Shown here piece after piece: positions 26,676 through 42,100 of a stretch of 64,000 bases of DNA. Both the position numbers and the translations under genes were made by a program. The notes beneath the pieces are model-generated. The model did no database searches. It was not told the DNA's origin and was given only the letters and a program-made list of their open reading frames with translations. How positions within the stretch are numbered: position 1 is the stretch's first letter; each line of letters begins with the position of its first letter. The stretch comes from Auanema rhodensis (taxonomy: Eukaryota; Animalia; Nematoda), in contig OZ059896.1 in NCBI GenBank assembly GCA_964057225.1, positions 21,576,001-21,640,000 on the forward strand, read 5' to 3'.

Positions 26676-29600
26676 CAGATCGACGCAGCTTAAAAATCCG
26701 CATCGAATGCACTATACCACATTGAGAAACGCTTAATACAAAAATTAGTTATGATCGTTTGAAAATTGATGCATTAGTGTATGTTGAGTTTCCATGTACA
26801 CTCAACATTGCTTCCAAAAACATTTTGACAAAAATTTTTTCGAAAAATTTCAAAACAATTTAGCAAAAAGTAGATGTTTATAGATTCCTTTTTTGAAGGC
26901 AAAGACGATGGACAATGTTATTCAACGAAAAAATTAATTCTTCAGTGTGAAAATCGAGGATATAAGTGTGAACTTATATCAGTTGATATCTCGATGCATT
27001 TTTAAGCTAGCGCAAATCTGATAACACAGATCGACGCAGCTTAAAAATCCGCATCGAATGCACTATACCACATTGAGAAACGCTTAATACAAAAATTAGT
27101 TATGATCGTTTGAAAATTGATGCATTAGTGTATGTTGAGTTTCCATGTACACTCAACATTGCTTCCAAAAACATTTTGACAACAATTTTTTCGAAAAATT
27201 TCAAAATAATTTAGCAAAAAGTAGATGTTTTTAGATTCCTTTTTTCAAGGCAAAGACGATGGACAATGTTATTCAACGAAAAAATTAATTCTTCAGGGTG
27301 AAAATCGAGGATATAAGTGTGAACTTATATCAGTTGATATCTCGGTGCATTTTTAAGCTAGCGCAAATCTGATAACACAGATCGACGCAGCTTAAAAATC
27401 CGCATCGAATGCACTATACCACATTGAGAAACGTTTAATACAAAAATTAGTTATGATCGTTTGAAAATTGATGCATTAGTGTATGTTGAGTTTCCATGTA
27501 CACTCAACATTGCTTCCAAAAACATTTTGACAACAATTTTTTCGAAAAATTTCAAAACAATTTAGCAAAAAGTAGATGTTTATAGATTCCTTTTTTGAAG
27601 GCAAAGACGATGGACAATGTTATTCAACGAAAAAATTAATTCTTCAGTGTGAAAATCGAGGATATAAGTGTGAACTTATATCAGTTGATATCTCGATGCA
27701 TTTTTAAGCTAGCGCAAATATGGTAACACAGATCGACGCAGCTTAAAAATCCGCATCGAATGCACTATACCACATTGAGAAACGCTTAATACAAAAATTA
27801 GTTATGATCGTTTGAAAATTGATGCATTAGTGTATGTTGAGTTTCCATGTACACTCAACATTGCTTCCAAAAACATTTTGACAAAAATTTTTTCGAAAAA
27901 TTTCAAAACAATTTAGCAAAAAGTAGATGTTTATAGATTCCTTTTTTGAAGGCAAAGACGATGGACAATGTTATTCAACGAAAAAATTAATTCTTCAGTG
28001 TGAAAATCGAGGATATAAGTGTGAACTTATATCAGTTGATATCTCGATGCATTTTTAAGCTAGCGCAAATCTGATAACACAGATCGACGCAGCTTAAAAA
28101 TCCGCATCGAATGCACTATACCACATTGAGAAACGCTTAATACAAAAATTAGTTATGATCGTTTGAAAATTGATGCATTAGTGTATGTTGAGTTTCCATG
28201 TACACTCAACATTGCTTCCAAAAACATTTTGACAACAATTTTTTCGAAAAATTTCAAAATAATTTAGCAAAAAGTAGATGTTTTTAGATTCCTTTTTTCA
28301 AGGCAAAGACGATGGACAATGTTATTCAACGAAAAAATTAATTCTTCAGGGTGAAAATCGAGGATATAAGTGTGAACTTATATCAGTTGATATCTCGGTG
28401 CATTTTTAAGCTAGCGCAAATCTGATAACACAGATCGACGCAGCTTAAAAATCCGCATCGAATGCACTATACCACATTGAGAAACGTTTAATACAAAAAT
28501 TAGTTATGATCGTTTGAAAATTGATGCATTAGTGTATGTTGAGTTTCCATGTACACTCAACATTGCTTCCAAAAACATTTTGACAACAATTTTTTCGAAA
28601 AATTTCAAAACAATTTAGCAAAAAGTAGATGTTTATAGATTCCTTTTTTGAAGGCAAAGACGATGGACAATGTTATTCAACGAAAAAATTAATTCTTCAG
28701 TGTGAAAATCGAGGATATAAGTGTGAACTTATATCAGTTGATATCTCGATGCATTTTTAAGCTAGCGCAAATATGGTAACACAGATCGACGCAGCTTAAA
28801 AATCCGCATCGAATGCACTATACCACATTGAGAAACGCTTAATACAAAAATTAGTTATGATCGTTTGAAAATTGATGCATTAGTGTATGTTGAGTTTCCA
28901 TGTACACTCAACATTGCTTCCAAAAACATTTTGACAAAAATTTTTTCGAAAAATTTCAAAACAATTTAGCAAAAAGTAGATGTTTATAGATTCCTTTTTT
29001 GAAGGCAAAGACGATGGACAATGTTATTCAACGAAAAAATTAATTCTTCAGTGTGAAAATCGAGGATATAAGTGTGAACTTATATCAGTTGATATCTCGA
29101 TGCATTTTTAAGCTAGCGCAAATCTGATAACACAGATCGACGCAGCTTAAAAATCCGCATCGAATGCACTATACCACATTGAGAAACGCTTAATACAAAA
29201 ATTAGTTATGATCGTTTGAAAATTGATGCATTAGTGTATGTTGAGTTTCCATGTACACTCAACATTGCTTCCAAAAACATTTTGACAACAATTTTTTCGA
29301 AAAATTTCAAAATAATTTAGCAAAAAGTAGATGTTTTTAGATTCCTTTTTTCAAGGCAAAGACGATGGACAATGTTATTCAACGAAAAAATTAATTCTTC
29401 AGGGTGAAAATCGAGGATATAAGTGTGAACTTATATCAGTTGATATCTCGGTGCATTTTTAAGCTAGCGCAAATCTGATAACACAGATCGACGCAGCTTA
29501 AAAATCCGCATCGAATGCACTATACCACATTGAGAAACGTTTAATACAAAAATTAGTTATGATCGTTTGAAAATTGATGCATTAGTGTATGTTGAGTTTC
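26676..29600. repeat. 3-monomer higher-order repeat (1053 bp)
   Basis: Variant m271T (CAGTGTG) at 26946, 27999 and 29052, and at 27648 and 28701. End coordinate is approximate. Confidence 0.82.
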
Positions 29601-32600
29601 CATGTACACTCAACATTGCTTCCAAAAACATTTTGACAACAATTTTTTCGAAAAATTTCAAAATAATTTAGCAAAAAGTAGAAGTTTTTAGATTCCTTTT
29701 TTCAAGGCAAAGACGATGGACAATGTTATTCAACGAAAAAATTAATTCTTCAGGGTGAAAATCGAGGATATAAGTGTGAACTTATATCAGTTGATATCTC
29801 GGTGCATTTTTAAGCTAGCGCAAATCTGATAACACAGATCGACGCAGCTTAAAAATCCGCATCGAATGCACTATACCACATTGAGAAACGCTTAATACAA
29901 AAATTAGTTATGATCGTTTGAAAATTGATGCATTAGTGTATGTTGAGTTTCCATGTACACTCTACATTGCTTCCAAAAACATTTTGACAAAAATTTTTTC
30001 GAAAAATTTCAAAATAATTTAGCAAAAAGTAGATGTTTTTAGATTCCTTTTTTCAAGGCAAAGACGATGGACAATGTTATTCAACGAAAAAATTAATTCT
30101 TCAGGGTGAAAATCGAGGATATAAGTGTGAACTTATATCAGTTGATATCTCGATGCATTTTTAAGCTAGCGCAAATATGGTAACACAGATCGACGCAGCT
30201 TAAAAATCCGCATCGAATGCACTATACCACATTGAGAAACGCTTAATACAAAAATTAGTTATGATCGTTTGAAAATTGATGCATTAGTGTATGTTGAGTT
30301 TCCATGTACACTCAACATTGCTTCCAAAAACATTTTGACAACAATTTTTTCGAAAAATTTCAAAACAATTTAGCAAAAAGTAGATGTTTATAGATTCCTT
30401 TTTTGAAGGCAAAGACGATGGACAATGTTATTCAACGAAAAAATTAATTCTTCAGTGTGAAAATCGAGGATATAAGTGTGAACTTATATCAGTTGATATC
30501 TCGATGCATTTTTAAGCTAGCGCAAATATGGTAACACAGATCGACGCAGCTTAAAAATCCGCATCGAATGCACTATACCACATTGAGAAACGCTTAATAC
30601 AAAAATTAGTTATGATCGTTTGAAAATTGATGCATTAGTGTATGTTGAGTTTCCATGTACACTCAACATTGCTTCCAAAAACATTTTGACAAAAATTTTT
30701 TCGAAAAATTTCAAAACAATTTAGCAAAAAGTAGATGTTTATAGATTCCTTTTTTGAAGGCAAAGACGATGGACAATGTTATTCAACGAAAAAATTAATT
30801 CTTCAGTGTGAAAATCGAGGATATAAGTGTGAACTTATATCAGTTGATATCTCGATGCATTTTTAAGCTAGCGCAAATCTGATAACACAGATCGACGCAG
30901 CTTAAAAATCCGCATCGAATGCACTATACCACATTGAGAAACGCTTAATACAAAAATTAGTTATGATCGTTTGAAAATTGATGCATTAGTGTATGTTGAG
31001 TTTCCATGTACACTCAACATTGCTTCCAAAAACATTTTGACAACAATTTTTTCGAAAAATTTCAAAATAATTTAGCAAAAAGTAGATGTTTTTAGATTCC
31101 TTTTTTCAAGGCAAAGACGATGGACAATGTTATTCAACGAAAAAATTAATTCTTCAGGGTGAAAATCGAGGATATAAGTGTGAACTTATATCAGTTGATA
31201 TCTCGGTGCATTTTTAAGCTAGCGCAAATCTGATAACACAGATCGACGCAGCTTAAAAATCCGCATCGAATGCACTATACCACATTGAGAAACGTTTAAT
31301 ACAAAAATTAGTTATGATCGTTTGAAAATTGATGCATTAGTGTATGTTGAGTTTCCATGTACACTCAACATTGCTTCCAAAAACATTTTGACAACAATTT
31401 TTTCGAAAAATTTCAAAATAATTTAGCAAAAAGTAGAAGTTTTTAGATTCCTTTTTTCAAGGCAAAGACGATGGACAATGTTATTCAACGAAAAAATTAA
31501 TTCTTCAGGGTGAAAATCGAGGATATAAGTGTGAACTTATATCAGTTGATATCTCGGTGCATTTTTAAGCTAGCGCAAATCTGATAACACAGATCGACGC
31601 AGCTTAAAAATCCGCATCGAATGCACTATACCACATTGAGAAACGCTTAATACAAAAATTAGTTATGATCGTTTGAAAATTGATGCATTAGTGTATGTTG
31701 AGTTTCCATGTACACTCTACATTGCTTCCAAAAACATTTTGACAAAAATTTTTTCGAAAAATTTCAAAATAATTTAGCAAAAAGTAGATGTTTTTAGATT
31801 CCTTTTTTCAAGGCAAAGACGATGGACAATGTTATTCAACGAAAAAATTAATTCTTCAGGGTGAAAATCGAGGATATAAGTGTGAACTTATATCAGTTGA
31901 TATCTCGATGCATTTTTAAGCTAGCGCAAATATGGTAACACAGATCGACGCAGCTTAAAAATCCGCATCGAATGCACTATACCACATTGAGAAACGCTTA
32001 ATACAAAAATTAGTTATGATCGTTTGAAAATTGATGCATTAGTGTATGTTGAGTTTCCATGTACACTCAACATTGCTTCCAAAAACATTTTGACAAAAAT
32101 TTTTTCGAAAAATTTCAAAACAATTTAGCAAAAAGTAGATGTTTATAGATTCCTTTTTTGAAGGCAAAGACGATGGACAATGTTATTCAACGAAAAAATT
32201 AATTCTTCAGGGTGAAAATCGAGGATATAAGTGTGAACTTATATCAGTTGATATCTCGATGCATTTTTAAGCTAGCGCAAATCTGATAACACAGATCGAC
32301 GCAGCTTAAAAATCCGCATCGAATGCACTATACCACATTGAGAAACGCTTAATACAAAAATTAGTTATGATCGTTTGAAAATTGATGCATTAGTGTATGT
32401 TGAGTTTCCATGTACACTCAACATTGCTTCCAAAAACATTTTGACAACAATTTTTTCGAAAAATTTCAAAATAATTTAGCAAAAAGTAGATGTTTTTAGA
32501 TTCCTTTTTTCAAGGCAAAGACGATGGACAATGTTATTCAACGAAAAAATTAATTCCTCAGGGTGAAAATCGAGGATATAAGTGTGAACTTATATCAGTT

Positions 32601-34735
32601 GATATCTCGGTGCATTTTTAAGCTAGCGCAAATCTGATAACACAGATCGACGCAGCTTGAAAATCCGCATCGAATGCACTATACTACATTGAGAAACGCT
32701 TAATACAAAAATTAGTTATGATCGTTTGAAAAATGATGCATTAGTGTATGTTGAGTTTCCATGTACACTCAACATTGCTTCCAAAAACATTTTGACAAAA
32801 ATTTTTTCGAAAAATTTCAAAATAATTTAGCAAAAAGTAGATGTTTTTAGATTCCTTTTTTCAAGGCAAAGACGATGGACAATGTTATTCAACGAAAAAA
32901 TTAATTCTTCAGGGTGAAATTCGAGGATATAAGTGTGAACTTATATCAGTTGATATCTCGGTGCATTTTTAAGCTAGCGCAAATCTGATAACACAGATCG
33001 ACGCAGCTTAAAAATCCGCATCGAATGCACTATACCACATTGAGAAACGCTTGATACAAAAATTAGTTATGATCGTTTGAAAATTGATGCATTAGTGTAT
33101 GTTGAGTTTCCATGTACACTCTACATTGCTTCCAAAAACATTTTGACAAAAATTTCAAAATAATTTAGCAAAAAGTAGATGTTTTTAGATTCCTTTTTTC
33201 AAGGCAAAGACGATGGACAATGTTATTCAACGAAAAAATTAATTCTTCAGGGTGAAAATCGAGGATATAAGTGTGAACTTATATCAGTTGATATCTCGAT
33301 GCATTTTTAAGCTAGCGCAAATCTGATAACACAGATCGACGCAGCTTAAAAATCCGCATCGAATGCACTATACCACATTGAGAAACGCTTAATACAAAAA
33401 TTAGTTATGATCGTTTGAAAATTGATGCATTAGTGTATGTTGAGTTTCCATGTACACTCAACATTGCTTCCAAAAACATTTTGACAACAATTTTTTCGAA
33501 AAATTTCAAAATAATTTAGCAAAAAGTAGAAGTTTTTAGATTCCTTTTTTCAAGGCAAAGACGATGGACAATGTTATTCAACGAAAAAATTAATTCTTCA
33601 GGGTGAAAATCGAGGATATAAGTGTGAACTTATATCAGTTGATATCTCGGTGCATTTTTAAGCTAGCGCAAATCTGATAACACAGATCGACGCAGCTTAA
33701 AAATCCGCATCGAATGCACTATACCACATTGAGAAACGCTTAATACAAAAATTAGTTATGATCGTTTGAAAATTGATGCATTAGTGTATGTTGAGTTTCC
33801 ATGTACACTCTACATTGCTTCCAAAAACATTTTGACAAAAATTTTTTCGAAAAATTTCAAAATAATTTAGCAAAAAGTAGATGTTTTTAGATTCCTTTTT
33901 TCAAGGCAAAGACGATGGACAATGTTATTCAACGAAAAAATTAATTCTTCAGGGTGAAAATCGAGGATATAAGTGTGAACTTATATCAGTTGATATCTCG
34001 ATGCATTTTTAAGCTAGCGCAAATATGGTAACACAGATCGACGCAGCTTAAAAATCCGCATCGAATGCACTATACCACATTGAGAAACGCTTAATACAAA
34101 AATTAGTTATGATCGTTTGAAAATTGATGCATTAGTGTATGTTGAGTTTCCATGTACACTCAACATTGCTTCCAAAAACATTTTGACAAAAATTTTTTCG
34201 AAAAATTTCATAACAATTTAGCAAAAAGTAGATGTTTATAGATTCCTTTTTTGAAGGCAAAGACGATGGACAATGTTATTCAACGAAAAAATTAATTCTT
34301 CAGGGTGAAAATCGAGGATATAAGTGTGAACTTATATCAGTTGATATCTCGATGCATTTTTAAGCTAGCGCAAATCTGATAACACAGATCGACGCAGCTT
34401 AAAAATCCGCATCGAATGCACTATACCACATTGAGAAACGCTTAATACAAAAATTAGTTATGATCGTTTGAAAATTGATGCATTAGTGTATGTTGAGTTT
34501 CCATGTACACTCAACATTGCTTCCAAAAACATTTTGACAACAATTTTTTCGAAAAATTTCAAAATAATTTAGCAAAAAGTAGATGTTTTTAGATTCCTTT
34601 TTTCAAGGCAAAGACGATGGACAATGTTATTCAACGAAAAAATTAATTCCTCAGGGTGAAAATCGAGGATATAAGTGTGAACTTATATCAGTTGATATCT
34701 CGGTGCATTTTTAAGCTAGCGCAAATCTGATAACA

Positions 34736-36139
34736 CAGATCGACGCAGCTTGAAAATCCGCATCGAATGCACTATACTACATTGAGAAACGCTTAATACA
34801 AAAATTAGTTATGATCGTTTGAAAAATGATGCATTAGTGTATGTTGAGTTTCCATGTACACTCAACATTGCTTCCAAAAACATTTTGACAAAAATTTTTT
34901 CAAAAAATTTCAAAATAATTTAGCAAAAAGTAGATGTTTTTAGATTCCTTTTTTCAAGGCAAAGACGATGGACAATGTTATTCAACGAAAAAATTAATTC
35001 TTCAGGGTGAAAATCGAGGATATAAGTGTGAACTTATATCAGTTGATATCTCGGTGCATTTTTAAGCTAGCGCAAATCTCATAACACAGATCAACGCAGC
35101 TTGAAAATCCGCATCGAATGCACTATACTACATTGAGAAACGCTTAATACAAAAGTTAGTTATGATCGTTTGAAAAATGATGCCTTAGTGTATGTTGAGT
35201 TTCCATGTACACTCAACATTGCTTCCAAAAACATTTTGACAAAAATTTTTTCGAAAAATTTCAAAATAATTTAGCAAAGAGTAGATGTTTTTAGATTCCT
35301 TTTTTTAAGGCAAAGACGATGGACAATGTTATTCAACGAAAAAATTAATTCCTCAGGGTGAAAATCGAGGATATAAGTGTGAACTTATATCAGTTGATAT
35401 CTCGGTGCATTTTTAAGCTAGCGCAAATCTGATAACACAGATCGACGCAGCTTGAAAATCCGCATCGAATGCACTATACTACATTGAGAAACGCTTAATA
35501 CAAAAATTAGTTATGATCGTTTGAAAAATGATGCATTAGTGTATGTTGAGTTTCCATGTACACTCAACATTGCTTCCAAAAACATTTTGACAAAAATTTT
35601 TTCAAAAAATTTCAAAATAATTTAGCAAAAAGTAGATGTTTTTAGATTCCTTTTTTCAAGGCAAAGACGATGGACAATGTTATTCAACGAAAAAATTAAT
35701 TCTTCAGGGTGAAAATCGAGGATATAAGTGTGAACTTATATCAGTTGATATCTCGGTGCATTTTTAAGCTAGCGCAAATCTCATAACACAGATCAACGCA
35801 GCTTGAAAATCCGCATCGAATGCACTATACTACATTGAGAAACGCTTAATACAAAAGTTAGTTATGATCGTTTGAAAAATGATGCCTTAGTGTATGTTGA
35901 GTTTCCATGTACACTCAACATTGCTTCCAAAAACATTTTGACAAAAATTTTTTCGAAAAATTTCAAAATAATTTAGCAAAGAGTAGATGTTTTTAGATTC
36001 CTTTTTTTAAGGCAAAGACGATGGACAATGTTATTCAACGAAAAAATTAATTCCTCAGGGTGAAAATCGAGGATATAAGTGTGAACTTATATCAGTTGAT
36101 ATCTCGGTGCATTTTTAAGCTAGCGCAAATCTGATAACA
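34736..36139. repeat. 2-monomer (702-bp) tandem duplication at the domain boundary
   Basis: m345C followed by m7A (CTCATAACACAGATCAACG) at 35080/35093 and 35782/35795. Confidence 0.82.
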
Positions 36140-39100
36140 CAGATCGACGCAGCTTAAAAATCCGCATCGAATGCACTATACTACATTGAGAAACGCTTAA
36201 TACAAAAATTAGTTATGATCGTTTGAAAAATGATGCCTTAGTGTATGTTGAGTTTCCATGTACACTCAACATTGCTTCCAAAAACATTTTGACAACAATT
36301 TTTTCGAAAAATTTCAAAATAATTTAGCAAAAAGTAGATGTTTTTAGATTCCTTTTTTTAAGGCAAAGACGATCGACAATGTTATTCAACGAAAAAATTA
36401 ATTCTTCAGGGTGAAAATCGAGGATATAAGTGTGAACTTATATCAGTTGATATCTCGGTGCATTTTTAAGCTAGCGCAAATCTGATAACACGATCGACGC
36501 AGCTTAAAAATCCGCATCGAATGCACTATACTACATTGAGAAACGCTTAATACAAAAATTAGTTATGATCGTTTGAAAAATGATGCATTAGTGTATGTTG
36601 AGTTTCCATGTACACTCAACATTGCTTCCAAAAACATTTTGACAAAAATTTTTTCGAAAAATTTCAAAATAATTTAGCAAAAAGTAGATGTTTTTAGATT
36701 CCTTTTTTCAAGGCAAAGACGATGGACAATGTTATTCAACGAAAAAATTAATTCTTCAGGGTGAAAATCGAGGATATAAGTGTGAACTTATATCAGTTGA
36801 TATCTCGGTGCATTTTTAAGCTAGCGCAAATCTCATAACACAGATCGACGCAGCTTAAAAATCCGCATCGAATGCACTATACTACATTGAGAAACGCTTA
36901 ATACAAAAATTAGTTATGATCGTTTGAAAAATGATGCCTTAGTGTATGTTGAGTTTCCATGTACACTCTACATTGCTTCCAAAAACATTTTGACAAAAAT
37001 TTTTTCGAAAAATTTCAAAATAATTTAGCAAAAAGTAGATGTTTTTAGATTCCTTTTTTCAAGGCAAAGACGATGGACAATGTTATTCAACAAAAAAATT
37101 AATTCTTCAGGGTGAAAATCGAGGATATAAGTGTGAACTTATATCAGTTGATATCTCGATGCATTTTTAAGCTAGCGCAAATCTGATAACACAGATCGAC
37201 GCAGCTTAAAAATCCGCATCGAATGCACTATACCACATTGAGAAACGCTTAATACAAAAATTAGTTATGATCGTTTGAAAATTGATGCATTAGTGTATGT
37301 TGAGTTTCCATGTACACTCAACATTGCTTCCAAAAACATTTTGACAAAAATTTTTTCGAAAAATTTCAAAACAATTTAGCGAAAAGTAGATGTTTTTAGA
37401 TTCCTTTCTTCAAGGCAAAGACGATGGACAATGTTATTCAACGAAAAAATTAATTCCTCAGGGTGAAAATCGAGGATATAAGTGTGAACTTATATCAGTT
37501 GATATCTCGGTGCATTTTTAAGCTAGCGCAAATCTGATAACACAGATCGACGCAGCTTAAAAATCCGCATCGAATGCACTATACCACATTGAGAAACGCT
37601 TAATACAAAAATTAGTTATGATCGTTTGAAAATTGATGCATTAGTGTATGTTGAGTTTCCATGTACACTCAACATTGCTTCCAAAAACATTTTGACAACA
37701 ATTTTTTCGAAAAATTTCAAAATAATTTAGCAAAAAGTAGATGTTTTTAGATTCCTTTTTTCAAGGCAAAGACGATGGACAATGTTATTCAACGAAAAAA
37801 TTAATTCCTCAGGGTGAAAATCGAGGATATAAGTGTGAACTTATATCAGTTGATATCTCGGTGCATTTTTAAGCTAGCGCAAATCTGATAACACAGATCG
37901 ACGCAGCTTGAAAATCCGCATCGAATGCACTATACTACATTGAGAAACGCTTAATACAAAAATTAGTTATGATCGTTTGAAAAATGATGCATTAGTGTAT
38001 GTTGAGTTTCCATGTACACTCAACATTGCTTCCAAAAACATTTTGACAAAAATTTTTTCAAAAAATTTCAAAATAATTTAGCAAAAAGTAGATGTTTTTA
38101 GATTCCTTTTTTCAAGGCAAAGACGATGGACAATGTTATTCAACGAAAAAATTAATTCTTCAGGGTGAAAATCGAGGATATAAGTGTGAACTTATATCAG
38201 TTGATATCTCGGTGCATTTTTAAGCTAGCGCAAATCTGATAACACAGATCGACGCAGCTTAAAAATCCGCATCGAATGCACTATACTACATTGAGAAACG
38301 CTTAATACAAAAATTAGTTATGATCGTTTGAAAAATGATGCATTAGTGTATGTTGAGTTTCCATGTACACTCAACATTGCTTCCAAAAACATTTTGACAA
38401 AAATTTTTTCAAAAAATTTCAAAATAATTTAGCAAAAAGTAGATGTTTTTAGATTCCTTTTTTCAAGGCAAAGACGATGGACAATGTTATTCAACGAAAA
38501 AATTAATTCTTCAGGGTGAAAATCGAGGATATAAGTGTGAACTTATATCAGTTGATATCTCGGTGCATTTTTAAGCTAGCGCAAATCTGATAACACAGAT
38601 CGACGCAGCTTAAAAATCCGCATCGAATGCACTATACTACATTGAGAAACGCTTAATACAAAAATTAGTTATGATCGTTTGAAAAATGATGCATTAGTGT
38701 ATGTTGAGTTTCCATGTACACTCAACATTGCTTCCAAAAACATTTTGACAAAAATTTTTTCGAAAAATTTCAAAATAATTTAGCAAAAAGTAGATGTTTT
38801 TAGATTCCTTTTTTCAAGGCAAAGACGATGGACAATGTTATTCAACGAAAAAATTAATTCTTCAGGGTGAAAATCGAGGATATAAGTGTGAACTTATATC
38901 AGTTGATATCTCGGTGCATTTTTAAGCTAGCGCAAATCTCATAACACAGATCGACGCAGCTTAAAAATCCGCATCGAATGCACTATACTACATTGAGAAA
39001 CGCTTAATACAAAAATTAGTTATGATCGTTTGAAAAATGATGCCTTAGTGTATGTTGAGTTTCCATGTACACTCTACATTGCTTCCAAAAACATTTTGAC

Positions 39101-42100
39101 AAAAATTTTTTCGAAAAATTTCAAAATAATTTAGCAAAAAGTAGATGTTTTTAGATTCCTTTTTTCAAGGCAAAGACGATGGACAATGTTATTCAACGAA
39201 AAAATTAATTCTTCAGGGTGAAAATCGAGGATATAAGTGTGAACTTATATCAGTTGATATCTCGATGCATTTTTAAGCTAGCGCAAATCTGATAACACAG
39301 ATCGACGCAGCTTAAAAATCCGCATCGAATGCACTATACCACATTGAGAAACGCTTAATACAAAAATTAGTTATGATCGTTTGAAAATTGATGCATTAGT
39401 GTATGTTGAGTTTCCATGTACACTCAACATTGCTTCCAAAAACATTTTGACAAAAATTTTTTCGAAAAATTTCAAAACAATTTAGCGAAAAGTAGATGTT
39501 TTTAGATTCCTTTCTTCAAGGCAAAGACGATGGACAATGTTATTCAACGAAAAAATTAATTCCTCAGGGTGAAAATCGAGGATATAAGTGTGAACTTATA
39601 TCAGTTGATATCTCGATGCATTTTTAAGCTAGCGCAAATCTGATAACACAGATCGACGCAGCTTAAAAATCCGCATCGAATGCACTATACCACATTGAGA
39701 AACGCTTAATACAAAAATTAGTTATGATCGTTTGAAAATTGATGCATTAGTGTATGTTGAGTTTCCATGTACACTCAACATTGCTTCCAAAAACATTTTG
39801 ACAAAAATTTTTTCGAAAAATTTCAAAATAATTTAGCAAAAAGTAGATGTTTTTAGATTCCTTTTTTCAAGGCAAAGACGATGGACAATGTTATTCAACG
39901 AAAAAATTAATTCTTCAGGGTGAAAATCGAGGATATAAGTGTGAACTTATATCAGTTGATATCTCGGTGCATTTTTAAGCTAGCGCAAATCTCATAACAC
40001 AGATCGACGCAGCTTAAAAATCCGCATCGAATGCACTATACTACATTGAGAAACGCTTAATACAAAAATTAGTTATGATCGTTTGAAAAATGATGCCTTA
40101 GTGTATGTTGAGTTTCCATGTACACTCTACATTGCTTCCAAAAACATTTTGACAAAAATTTTTTCGAAAAATTTCAAAATAATTTAGCAAAAAGTAGATG
40201 TTTTTAGATTCCTTTTTTCAAGGCAAAGACGATGGACAATGTTATTCAACGAAAAAATTAATTCTTCAGGGTGAAAATCGAGGATATAAGTGTGAACTTA
40301 TATCAGTTGATATCTCGATGCATTTTTAAGCTAGCGCAAATCTGATAACACAGATCGACGCAGCTTAAAAATCCGCATCGAATGCACTATACCACATTGA
40401 GAAACGCTTAATACAAAAATTAGTTATGATCGTTTGAAAATTGATGCATTAGTGTATGTTGAGTTTCCATGTACACTCAACATTGCTTCCAAAAACATTT
40501 TGACAAAAATTTTTTCGAAAAATTTCAAAACAATTTAGCGAAAAGTAGATGTTTTTAGATTCCTTTCTTCAAGGCAAAGACGATGGACAATGTTATTCAA
40601 CGAAAAAATTAATTCCTCAGGGTGAAAATCGAGGATATAAGTGTGAACTTATATCAGTTGATATCTCGGTGCATTTTTAAGCTAGCGCAAATCTGATAAC
40701 ACAGATCGACGCAGCTTAAAAATCCGCATCGAATGCACTATACCACATTGAGAAACGCTTAATACAAAAATTAGTTATGATCGTTTGAAAAATGATGCAT
40801 TAGTGTATGTTGAGTTTCCATGTACACTCAACATTGCTTCCAAAAACATTTTGACAAAAATTTTTTCAAAAAATTTCAAAATAATTTAGCAAAAAGTAGA
40901 TGTTTTTAGATTCCTTTTTTCAAGGCAAAGACGATGGACAATGTTATTCAACGAAAAAATTAATTCTTCAGGGTGAAAATCGAGGATATAAGTGTGAACT
41001 TATATCAGTTGATATCTCGGTGCATTTTTAAGCTAGCGCAAATCTGATAACACAGATCGACGCAGCTTAAAAATCCGCATCGAATGCACTATACTACATT
41101 GAGAAACGCTTAATACAAAATTTAGTTATGATCGTTTGAAAAATGATGCCTTAGTGTATGTTGAGTTTCCATGTACACTCAACATTGCTTCCAAAAACAT
41201 TTTGACAACAATTTTTTCGAAAAATTTCAAAATAATTTAGCAAAAAGTAGATGTTTTTAGATTCCTTTTTTTAAGGCAAAGACGATCGACAATGTTATTC
41301 AACGAAAAAATTAATTCTTCAGGGTGAAAATCGAGGATATAAGTGTGAACTTATATCAGTTGATATCTCGGTGCATTTTTAAGCTAGCGCAAATCTGATA
41401 ACACAGATCGACGCAGCTTAAAAATCCGCATCGAATGCACTATACTACATTGAGAAACGCTTAATACAAAAATTAGTTATGATCGTTTGAAAAATGATGC
41501 ATTAGTGTATGTTGAGTTTCCATGTACACTCAACATTGCTTCCAAAAACATTTTGACAAAAATTTTTTCGAAAAATTTCAAAATAATTTAGCAAAAAGTA
41601 GATGTTTTTAGATTCCTTTTTTCAAGGCAAAGACGATGGACAATGTTATTCAACGAAAAAATTAATTCTTCAGGGTGAAAATCGAGGATATAAGTGTGAA
41701 CTTATATCAGTTGATATCTCGGTGCATTTTTAAGCTAGCGCAAATCTCATAACACAGATCGACGCAGCTTAAAAATCCGCATCGAATGCACTATACTACA
41801 TTGAGAAACGCTTAATACAAAAATTAGTTATGATCGTTTGAAAAATGATGCCTTAGTGTATGTTGAGTTTCCATGTACACTCTACATTGCTTCCAAAAAC
41901 ATTTTGACAAAAATTTTTTCGAAAAATTTCAAAATAATTTAGCAAAAAGTAGATGTTTTTAGATTCCTTTTTTCAAGGCAAAGACGATGGACAATGTTAT
42001 TCAACGAAAAAATTAATTCTTCAGGGTGAAAATCGAGGATATAAGTGTGAACTTATATCAGTTGATATCTCGATGCATTTTTAAGCTAGCGCAAATCTGA

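Noticed and set aside
36491-36500. 1-bp deletions at ~36492 and ~22975 as meaningful events
   Set aside because: Both are singletons, one in a homopolymer, and may be consensus errors.
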